A program made the translations under genes and the position numbers. DNA of 64,000 bases from positions 20,274,001-20,338,000 of the forward strand of contig NC_091997.1 in NCBI RefSeq assembly GCF_044704955.1. The letters run 5' to 3'. This document shows positions 12,264 through 22,097 of this stretch, piece by piece. Position 1 is the stretch's first letter, and every line of letters starts with the position of its first letter. Below the pieces are notes generated by a model. It saw nothing but the letters and a program-made list of their open reading frames with translations, searched no databases and had not been told where the DNA came from. This DNA is from Pristiophorus japonicus (taxonomy: Eukaryota).

Positions 12264-12492
12264 ATGATTCACTGGCACAGATGAAAGAAGGCACAATTCA
12301 TTGGCACAGGTGAAGGAAGGCACGATTCACTGGCATAGGTGAAGGAAGGCACGATTCACTGGCACAGGTGAAGGAAGGCACGATTCACTGGCATAGGTGA
12401 AGGAAGGCACGATTCACTGGCATAGGTGAAGGAAGGCACGATTCACTGGCATAGGTGAAGGAAGGCACGATTCATTGGCACAGGCGAAGGAA
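12264..12492. repeat. 29-bp minisatellite, ~8 copies
   Basis: Unit ACGATTCACTGGCA(T/C)AGGTGAAGGAAGGC. Confidence 0.95.
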
Positions 12493-13076
12493 CTTACTTC
12501 CAAAATGCTGATGGCCAGAAGTTCAGTCAGCATCAGGGGTGCATTAGTGTGGTGAGCAAAAGCCCCATTCCTCGAAGATGCACCCTAACTGAAGGAGTGT
12601 GGAAAATCCCAGCCAGTGCTCTTCAGACAGCGAGATAAAAATGACTTGTCAATAATCGATGGCCCAGTGATGCATGTCATCATAGTTCAATAACTCTAAA
12701 TCTGTAGCAACAAATGTGATGAGTTTACCATTAATGATTAATAGGATTGGGATCCTTAAGCTGATCTGGAAGTCATCTTGGGAAATAGATTACAACAGCA
12801 AGATTAAATTTCATATTAAATCAGATTGGGCTATTTGAATCCCAAATTCCATTAAATTCCCTGTAGTTCAGTATATATTACTTTCTTATTCATGTGATCT
12901 TGTCCTGTGACTTTGCACTCATCCAGAACTGAGAAACACCAAAAGCACAAGTTTAAGAAACAAGTTGCAGTACACTGCCCCCATGGTGAAACAGTTTATT
13001 TGCTATTTTGAGAAACATCGTTCCCCTGTGTAATGTATGCACCTGAGAGTATGCGCACAGGTTTGTAGAGCTATTG

Positions 13077-14039
13077 AGAAACCTCCCTCGAGAGCCAGTG
13101 CCTCACAACTTGAGCCTCCTCCGGGAAATCCCCTCCGTGCCTTTCAGTTCTGCGCAGAGGAGTTTCCTGTACGGGCTGCTCCTGCACACTCTCCACCTTG
13201 CCATCCTCGTCTGCCGTCCGGACACGCCATGGCGTACCATCTTGCCGTCCGGAGGAGGTGGGGGTCCCCAATGGAGTGCACTCTACGCAGTAGTCCTCCC
13301 ACTATCGGGGACTTGGCCTGGAGGGTGGTACACGGAGCAGTCTCGTGCAATAAATTTTTAAGCCGTTTCAGGGGCTCCCAGGCCGCCTGCAATTTCTGCG
13401 GTCTGGAAGAGTCCGTGTTCCATGTTTTTATGGAGTGTGCAAGGTTGCAGCCCCTGTTTCATTATTTAAAGGGGCTGCTCCTCAATTTCTGGTTGCACTT
13501 CAGTCCCACACTCCTGATCTTTGGGCACCCTGTGCGGAGGGGAGCGGGTAGGTCCGAGGGCCTCCTCGTAGGACTGCTCTTGGGCACGGCCAAGGGTACC
13601 ATCAGCTGGTCCAGGCAGCGGGCGGTCGAGGGGGTCGTTCAGCCTGACTGCCTGCCTCTCTTCCGCGGTTATATCCGAGCCACGGTGTCCCTAGAGATGG
13701 AGCATGCGGTGTTCACCGGTACGCTCGCGGCCTTCCGCGAGAGGTGGGCACCGGAGGGACTGGAGTGCATCATCACCCCCGGCAACCAAATTTTAATTTG
13801 ATTTTATATGGTTTAAAGTTTAATTTGTTTTAATTGCCGGGTTTTAGTGTCCTTCTCCCCTTTTATAGGGGGCACTTGTGTATATATATATATGTGTGTT
13901 TTAGCGCCAAATAAAAACTACAAAAAATACAAAAAAAAACAAAAAGAAACAAAAAAGGACCTGGAAAAATGGTTGGAGTGTCCTCCAGATTGGGGGGCAC
14001 TTGATTTAACTGGTTAATTTTGTTTACCTCAAAAGAGTT
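13077..14039 (+). mobile_element. Tx1/L1-clade LINE 3' fragment, copy 1
   Basis: ORF2 C-terminus with zf-RVT-type CNFCGLEESVFHVFMEC and GDLAWRVVHGAV, stop at 13801, AT-rich 3' UTR ending AAAAGAGTT. Confidence 0.88.
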
Positions 14040-14051
14040 GTAGAGCTATTG

Positions 14052-14972
14052 AGAAACCTCCCTCGAGAGCCAGCGCCTCACAACTTGAGCCTCCTCCGGG
14101 AAATCCCCTCCGTGCCTTTCAGTTCTGCACGGAGGGGAGTCCTATACAGGCTGCTCTTGCACACTCTCGGCCTTGCCATCCTCGTCTGCCGTCCGGACAC
14201 GCCATGGTGCACCATCTTGCCATCCGGAGGAGGCGGAGGTCCCCAATGGAATGCTCGCTACGCGGGAGTCCTCCCTTTATTTATTGGGGACTTGGCCTGG
14301 AGGGTGGTGCATAGAGCAGTCCCGTGCAATAAGTTTTTAAAGTCGGTTCACGGGCTCCCAGGCCGCCTGTAATTTCTGCGGTCTAGAGGAGTCCATGTAT
14401 ATGTTGAGTGTGCGAGGTTGCAGCCCCTCTTCCAATATCTGAAGGGGCTGCTCCTCAAATTCTGGTTGCACTTCAGTCCCACACTCCTGATCTTTGGGCA
14501 CCCTGTGTGGAGGGTAGCAGGCGGGTCGGAAGGCCTCCTCGTAGGACTGCTCCTGGGCATGGCCAAGGGGGCCATCACCCGGTCCAGGCAGCAGGCGATC
14601 GAGGGGGTCATTCAGCCCGACTGCCTGCCTCTCTTCCACGGTTACATCCGAGCCAGGGTGTCCCTGGAGATGGAGCACGCGGTGTCCACCGGTACGCTCG
14701 CGGCCTTCTGAGAGAGGTGGGCACCGGAGGGACTGAGTGCATCATCACTCCTGGCAATCAAATTTTAATTTGAATCACAATATCTGAAGTTTAATTTGTT
14801 TAAGTTTATCAGTTTTAATGTACCCTGCCCCTTTTAGCCAGGGGGCATTTGTATAATTTGTGTTTTTAGTGCCCTCAGAAAAAAAACAAGGGGGCATTTG
14901 ATTGAAAGTTTTTGGAGTGTGACCCCCCCTTTAACCAGGGGGCACTTGTTTACAGATACAACAAAAATAGTT
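14052..14972 (+). mobile_element. Tx1/L1-clade LINE 3' fragment, copy 2
   Basis: Same ORF2 C-terminus (frameshifted), different 3' UTR ending AAAAATAGTT. Confidence 0.88.
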
Positions 14973-15107
14973 GTCGAACTGTTAAGTTGGGAGTGGCTTA
15001 GCCAGTCTCATGATGTTCACAAGACTCAATAAAACCCCAGCCAGTTGGGTTCAGGGGATCCAGGATGAGGCCGGTGGTTGCGAGACTGGTGGATGAACTG
15101 ATAATGT

Positions 15108-15376
15108 AGAGGTAGGCGCTGGAGGGACTGGAGTGCATCATCACCCCTGGCAACCAAATTTTAATTTGATCATTTAAGTTTAAAGTTTAATTTGCTGGTT
15201 TTAGTGCTTCCTCCCTTTTAGCCAGGGGGCACTTGTATAATTTCTGTTTTTAGTACCCTAAAAAAAAAACACCCCCCCCCCCCCCCCAAAAAAAAGGAGC
15301 ACTGGAAAAAAATGTATTTTGGAATGTGACACCCCCTTGCAGGGGACATTTGTTTAAAATGCACAACTAAAATAGT
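15108..15376 (+). mobile_element. Tx1/L1-clade LINE short 3' fragment, copy 3, with 14-bp TSD
   Basis: Last codons (EGLECIITPGNQILI*) plus 3' UTR; TGAACTGATAATGT at 15094-15107 and 15377-15390. Confidence 0.9.
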
Positions 15377-15769
15377 TGAACTGATAATGTGTAATGTGAT
15401 TGTTAAACCTTTGCTAATAAACCAACTAGTTCTTAATAGCAATGTGCTTTTTCATCTCAGGAATCAACCTCATGAACCTTCTCCGAATTGCCTCCAATGC
15501 AAAGATTCGCGACTCTCAGAAAAGAAATTCCTCATTTCCGTTTTAAATGGACGACCCCTTATTCTGAAATATATTGGATAGTCTGCACTTTTCTACATTC
15601 AGAAAAAGAAAAAAAAAATCACAATACATTGAAATTATTACATTTCATTTATGAAGACTATTTCTCCACACTGGTAAAGTTGTATCTGAAATTGATTTTT
15701 GTGTACAGTTCTGATAATTCAGCCTCATTAGCGATCACAGCGGTTCTGTTTAAGTCATCTTATTAAAAA

Positions 15770-16200
15770 TATTAACGAAGGGCTTCAACCAACCAGATGC
15801 AACTGGGAAATGTCGCTGTGATCCAGAGTTCAAGCTGGTGAACATAATGAGTGAATGTTTCATGACAGTGCAACAGGGAAGCCATGAAAGAACAGGCACA
15901 TTGGGCGTAATAATGGAAGGGGACCCAGATAACATACAGGGGATGGAAGCCGCAACAACCTTAGACGACAGTGACCACAGAATTAGCAGAAGTCTGACAG
16001 CATCTGGGATCAGCAATAGCAGGAAATCAAGAGCCAGGAATACCATTTTAAACAGGCCAACTTTAAAGAAAGTGGGAAGAGCTCCAACAAATTGATTTGT
16101 TGATTGCTTACTAGCACTCTTCAGCATGAGGATAAATCAAATATCTTCAAAGGTAGCCTGCTGACCACACAAAATAAATACATATTCAGGATTAGCAAGT
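15770..16200 (+). mobile_element. Ancient CR1-type endonuclease-domain fragment
   Basis: ORF 15838-16095 (ECFMT.VQQ...TLGVI...LDDSDHRI) parallels the APE C-terminal FLDQYVEEPTR...ILDWV...LGKSDHNM of ORF 22270-23250. Confidence 0.6.
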
Positions 16201-16254
16201 GTTGTCCAATCAAAACAAAATTTTGCAGGGAGAAAGGGGAATAAGAAAACTAAA

Positions 16255-16830
16255 TTGCGATGGCCCACAGCGCCTCATGCCTGCCCAGATTTGAGCTGCG
16301 AGATCTGTTGTTAATCTATCCCATTTAGCACAATTGTGGTGCCGGACCACACGATGGAGGATGTTCTCAGTGTGAAAATGGGACTTGGTCTCCACAAGGT
16401 CTGTGCGGTGGTCACTCCTACCAATACGGTCATGGACAGAGACATCTGTGACAGCTAGGTTGGTGTGGACAAGGTCAAGTAGGTTACTTCCTCATGTTGG
16501 TTCTCTCACCCCCTGCCCCAATCTGGCAGCTATGATCTTCTGGACTCTGACACCTTGGTCAGCGATGGTACCACCAAGACACTGAAGTCTCCATCCAGTG
16601 TACATTCTGTGCCCTTGCTACCCTCACTGCTTCCTCCAAGTGGTGTTGAACATGGATGAGTACTGATTCATCAGCCAAGGGAGGGCAATAAGTGGTAATC
16701 AGCAGGAAGTTTTGTTGCCCATACTTGACCTGATGCCATGAGACATGGGGTACGGAGTCAGTGTTGAGGACTCCCAGGGCTACTCCTATCCGACAGTATA
16801 CCACTGTTGCCCCACCTCTGATGGGTCTGT
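16255..16830 (-). mobile_element. CR1-clade LINE (second family) endonuclease fragment
   Basis: Minus translation NLLDLVHTNLAVTDVSVHDRIGRSDHRT...AKWDRLTTDLAAQIW, and LLITTYCPP in ORF 16559-16804. Confidence 0.8.
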
Positions 16831-16902
16831 CCTATGTATGAACACACTTAAAGCAATTTAATCAGTTTTAGTAGCAGAGAGTACAAATACACATGAGGTG
16901 TA

Positions 16903-17557
16903 GGGGCCGATTTTCATCACCTCACCACCCACTGCCGCCGACGGCCGCTGACATTCCTCCTGCAGATCCACCCAGTGCCACTTTCAAGGTAGCCTGGAGC
17001 GGGCGGGAGGGGAGAGCCACCGGGAACCACCCGCTGACGTCAGCAGACGGCCGAGTGGCGGAACTGAGCTCCCGCCTGCCGAGCTCCCAGATTCCTGTGG
17101 GCGGGAGTCGGCAGGACTCGGCGGCAGAACGGGGGTGGACCACTGGCTGGAGGCAGGTCTGTCCCCAACGGTGAGTCTGACCAACCTGAAAAAAAGGCAA
17201 GTGAACATTTGAATACTTTTTTTCCAACAGCGACTTACCTGGATGGGGTCCCCTGAAGGTCTCGTATACTTTTTTTTATTTTTTGCTGTTGGTCTTTTTT
17301 CAGGTCTTCGACCCTCCGTGAGCCCGACTCCATCCTCAGCGGCACTTGGGCGGCAAGCGCCTCTGCTGCCGAGAATGAGACCTCCTGGGCGCTGCCACCC
17401 AGATTGGCGGCGTGCGTCGTCCATTTGCCGCCCGCCGAACTTCGAGGGACCTCGGCCATGAATATCCCGCCCAAAGTGCCGTCTGGTAATTCGGTGGCCA
17501 TCGGCGGCACTTTGGGCAGCACTTGGGCCGGCGGAGGCCTTGATCAAAATCAGCCCC
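16903..17557. mobile_element. Harbinger-type MITE
   Basis: TIR GGGGCCGATTTTCATCA / TGATCAAAATCAGCCCC; flanks GTA/ATA (3-bp TSD with one mismatch); CpG-rich interior. Confidence 0.82.
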
Positions 17558-17853
17558 ATAGTCTAAAACATCTCTGCAAGAAATGAGGACAAATCCGCAA
17601 TATCTTCTTCACAATCTTCAACAATACAAGTGATGACATAATGGGCAAATCTGCATCTTAAGTTGACAGGTCCATGGCCCACGGCATTTTCAGTATAATT
17701 ACTTGTCGCAGACCTATATCCAAGGCTGTTTTTAAGTTGTCAGTTTTTGTGAAGCTGATTTGCTAGTTTCCAAGGTTAGTATGTATGTTGTTATCATTAT
17801 CTGCTCCTAATTACATATCTGTGTAATATTAAGTAAAAGAACAGTTTTTAAAA

Positions 17854-18494
17854 GTATGTTGGCCTTTATTACAAGAGGATTTGAACAGTAAAGATGTCAT
17901 ACTGTAATTATATAGGGCCCTGGTGAGGCCACACCTGGAGTATTGTGCACAGTTTTGGTTTCCTTACCTAAGGAAGGATTTACTTGCCATAGAGAGAGTG
18001 CAACAAAGGTTCACCAGACTGATTTCTGGGAGGGGGAATTATCCTACGAGGTACGATTGAGTAGACTGGGGCCTATATCCTCTAAAGTTTAGAGAAATGA
18101 GAGGTGATCTCATTGAAACATACAAAATTCTTACAGGGCTTGAAAGGGTGCAGGGAGAATGTGCCCCCTGGCTGTGGAGTCTAGAACCAGGGGTCACAGT
18201 CACAGAATAATAAGGGGTCAGCCATTTAGGACTGAGGTGAGAAATTTCTTTGCTCAGAGGGTGGTAAATCTTGGAATTCTCTACCCCAGAGGGCTGTGAA
18301 GGCTCAGTCTTTGAGTATATTCAAGATAGAGATCAATACATTTTTGAATATTAAGGGAATCAAGGGATATGGGGATAGTGCAGGAAAGTGGAGTTGAGGT
18401 AGAAGATCAGCCATGATCTTATTGAATGGCGGAGCAGGCTCGAGGGGCCGAATGGCCGACTCGTGCTCCTATTTCTTTAAGTTCTTATGTTCTT
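17854..18494 (+). mobile_element. CR1 LINE 3' fragment
   Basis: LVRPHLEYCAQFW region through the 3' UTR GGCCGAATGGCC and TTCTTATG tail. Confidence 0.9.
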
Positions 18495-19169
18495 CACAGC
18501 CTGCCAGACTGAGCCTAAATGCCTGGTAATGACTCAACATCAGACTCTTGCATTATTTTATTGGTCATTAATGACTGATTAGATCAATAAACATCAAATC
18601 TATTCAGAAGAAGTGGACTTAAATGAAGCAGCAAATTGTCACATTACGCTCAATTGACCTCTAATGGATTGATGAATCAATTTAATCAAGGTCAATGCAG
18701 ACATGGAGGGAGTTTAAAGCAGCACTGTCACTATAGTAACAGATTACAGAGGTGGTGTCACAATGGCAAAATATCACAACGGATGGGATAGGTGGGAGGG
18801 AGGAATAATTTGGTTACTGTCCGTATTTGCCTCAAAATGTGTTTAACTCAACTCCTAATAGCAACATCTATGATCACGTAGAATGCAACCCTTGCTGAAT
18901 CTTCACTGCACAGTTAGACCGATGGATTATTGATAAACATCAGAAGTGGTTATCTTTAAATGATAAGTAGGACGTCGCTCACAATGACAGTCACCAGGTT
19001 GCTGATCCAGGTAAGAATCTAGATTGCCTTTTACACACCCACACATGCAAAGTAACACCATTTCTTATCTGCATTTATCACTGTTTCCTCACTCTTGTAG
19101 TCCAGATGTACCTTTGTGACTTGGCCTGCGTCCTTTTCCTCTGCAGCTTTGTTCTGTATCTTTCAGACT

Positions 19170-19485
19170 CATTCTTCGGCAGCACCTCCCAAACCCGTGA
19201 CCTCCACCACCTCGAGGGACAAGGGCAGCAGGCGCACGGGAATCTCCAGGTTCCCTTCCAAGTCAAACACCATCCTGACTTGGAAATATATCGGCTGTTC
19301 CTTCATCGTCGCTGGATCAAAATCCTGGAACTCCCTCCCTAACAGCACTGTGTGGGAGTACCTTCACCACATGGTCTGCGGCGGTTCAAGAGAGTGGCTC
19401 ACCACCACCTTCTCAGGGGCAATTAGGGATGGGCAATAAATGCTGGCTTTGCCAGCGACACGCACATCCCATTTACGAATAAATT
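19170..19485 (+). mobile_element. CR1-clade LINE (second family) 3' end
   Basis: SFIVAGSKSWNSLPNS coding and 3' UTR GGGCAATAAATGCTGGC; homologous in reverse to 37575-37810. Confidence 0.8.
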
Positions 19486-19645
19486 TTTAAAAACTGCGGC
19501 AAGAACCATCGCCTTCGTATTTAACCATCGGTAATCAGGCCCCTTCTTATACAAAAGCAGGATATCTCCAGTCAAGACGAAACTAATTTTCATTTGCTTC
19601 ACTAGGATGGGCAGGCTGGCTGCACCGTCTTAACTCGGAGTCGTT

Positions 19646-20640
19646 GGCTGGAATTTTCCCATCAAAAAACAGGTGAGTTTGGAGCGCGGGGGGCAGTTAA
19701 ATTGCTAAAAATGTGATTCCGACCTGATCCCGCTTCTAACCCGCCCACTTCCAGTTTTCCAGGGGCCGGGATAGCGATAGGCGGGCAACCAGCCTGCTGC
19801 CGGGGGTCGTTCCCTCAAATTAAATATTGTAATGAATTTAACTGCCTGTGGACGTGTTTCACGCAATTCATTAAACCCAACAGTTAAACCCGAGGTGGGG
19901 ACTGCTGCATCCAGAAGGTAAGTGGCTCTATACTTACCTCCTGGATCCAGGGACCCTATCTAACCCACTCCGTGATCGAAGACCCCATCCATGAGGCCTC
20001 CGACCACATTCCCAGGCCTCCCCTCCCTGCCCCCAACGATGATGATGATGATGATGAGGGCAGCCACGATCCTCCAGCCCCCCGCTGTCGATCCTTCCCC
20101 CCCCCCCCGCCCTGATCCCTGGCCGATCACCGCCCCCCCCCCGATCCCTGATCTCCCCCCCTGCCCCCCACTGTCCCGCGATCCCCGCTTGCCTGCTGAT
20201 CCCTGATCTCCCCCCATCCCGACCACCCCTTATTGCCTGCCGTTCCTGCAACCCCACCTTCTGACTGCCAACCCCCTCCCGATTGCCCACCTCTGCCGAT
20301 CCTCTCTTCTCCCCCCGCCCCCCCCGATTTCTCTCCCCCACAACCGATCCTCTCCCCCCACCCCCACTCCTGATTGCCGACCCCCCCCCCCCACCTGCTG
20401 ATCCCGACCACCCCCTCTCCCTCCCGCCGATCCCTCCCCCGCCCCACATAACCGAGGCCTAGCCAGCCTCTCAAGCCTGCTGGCTGCTGGGCGGGAAACC
20501 GCGGCCTCACATTCAAATCAGGCCCTGCCGTTAATGTCAGCAGGGCTTGCGGGAAACCCAGCTTCCCGGGCTTCCCACCCACCTACCTCGGAGCCAGCCT
20601 GTCCCCAACCCGCCTCTCTTGCCCGAGCAAAATTCTGGCC
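19646..20640. mobile_element. Harbinger-type MITE with C-rich low-complexity interior
   Basis: TIR GGCTGGAATTTT / AAAATTCTGGCC; flanks GTT/ATT; related to 25487-26487 in the opposite orientation. Confidence 0.75.
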
Positions 20641-21136
20641 ATTATCTCAGTGCGAGAAGGGGAAAACAGACGTGATAGGAGTCGATTTAATTCACACCAA
20701 CTAAATGTGCTTCCTCTGCAATTGGACGTAATGTAGTCATGGGCTTGTGGGGCGGGGGAGGGATCGGCGGGAGGGAGAGGGGGGGGTCGGGATCAGCAGG
20801 TGGGGGGGGAGAAGCGGGAGTTCCTGGCGTTGGTGAGGCCTATAAAGGCTCAGCGGCAGCGAGAGGCGGCGGTAACGAGAGGCGGCGGTAACGAGAGGCG
20901 TGCTTGTGCAGCTGCGGCGGTAACGAGAGGCGGCGGTAACGAGAGGCGTGCTTGTGCAGCTGCGGCGGGGAGAGAAGGCAAAAAAGAAGTAGAAAGCAAT
21001 CAAAAGGTGACGTCACAGCCAAGGGGGTAAGTGATTGCCTGGTGATTGGTGAGTAGTTTTTCTTTTTTCTCTTCTATAACAGTGAGTAAACTTTAACATT
21101 GTTGTTGCCAATTTAAGTGTATCTAAGGGTTAAGTC

Positions 21137-22085
21137 ATGGCAGGAGAGCTCGGTCGGGTGTTATGCTCCTGCTGTACCATGTGGGAACTCAGGGACGACT
21201 CCAGTGTCCCTGACGACTATGTGTGCGGGAAGTGTATCCACCTCCAGCTCCTGACGGTCTGCGTTGCGGAGTTGGAGCTGAGGGTGGATTCACCCTGGAG
21301 CATCCACGATGCTGAGAATGACGTGAGTATCACGTGTAGCGAGTTGGTCTTACCGCAGGGAAAGGGTCCACAGCCAGATAGGGAATGGAAGACCAACAGG
21401 AAGAGCAATGCAAGGAAGGTAGTGCAGGAGTCCCCTGTGGTCATCCCCCTGCAAAACAGATACACTGCTTTGGGTACTGTTGAGGGAGATGACTCATTAG
21501 GGGAGGGCAGCAGCAGCCAAGTTCATGGCACCATGGCTGGCTCTGTTGCACAGGAGGGCAGGAAAAAGAGTGGGAGAGCGATAGTGATAGGGGATTCAAT
21601 TGTAAGGGGAATAGATAGGCGTTTCTGCGGCCGCAACCGAGACTCCAGGATGGTATGTTGCCTCCCTGGTGCAAGGGTCAAGGATGTCTCGGAGTGGGTG
21701 CAGGACATTCTAAAAAGGGAGGGAGATCAGCCAGTTGTCGTGGTGCACATTGGTACCAACGACATAGGTTAAAAAAAGGGATGAGGTCCTAAGAAACGAA
21801 TTTAAGGAGCTAGGAGCTAAATTAAAAAGTAGGACCTCAAAAGTAGTAATCTCGGGATTGCTACCAGTGCCACGTGCTAGTCAGAGTAGGAATCGCAGGA
21901 TAGCGCAGATGAATACGTGGCTTGAGCAGTGGTGCAGCAGGGAGGGATTCAAATTCCTGGGGCATTGGAACCGGTTCTGGGGGAGGTGGGACCAGTACAA
22001 ACCGGACGGTCTGCACCTGGGCAGGACCGGAACCAATATCCTAGGGGGAGTGTTTGCTAGTGCTGTTGGGGAGGAGTTAAACTAA
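21137..22085 (+). pseudogene. CR1 ORF1: zinc finger, coiled coil and SGNH esterase; one frameshift near 21770
   Basis: CSCC...CGKC, LELRVD, esterase blocks VIGDSIVR, HIGTNDIG and DGLHL. Confidence 0.92.
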
Positions 22086-22097
22086 TATGGCAGGGGA

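Larger units (their letters stand above)
13029..15448 (+). mobile_element. LTR-like element split by three Tx1-like insertions (pieces 13029-13076, 14973-15107, 15391-15448)
   Basis: Starts TGTAATGTATG; the rejoined sequence has AATAAAA at ~15028 and AATAAA at ~15416; continuity across the third insertion is shown by its TSD. The 3' CA end is not seen. Confidence 0.65.

Noticed and set aside
15750-16127. Hydrophobic 125-aa minus-strand ORF as a membrane protein
   Set aside because: It is the antisense shadow of an old CR1 endonuclease fragment on the plus strand.
19934-20582. Gly-rich or Pro-rich ORFs (also 25567-26211)
   Set aside because: Low-complexity G/C tracts inside MITEs.
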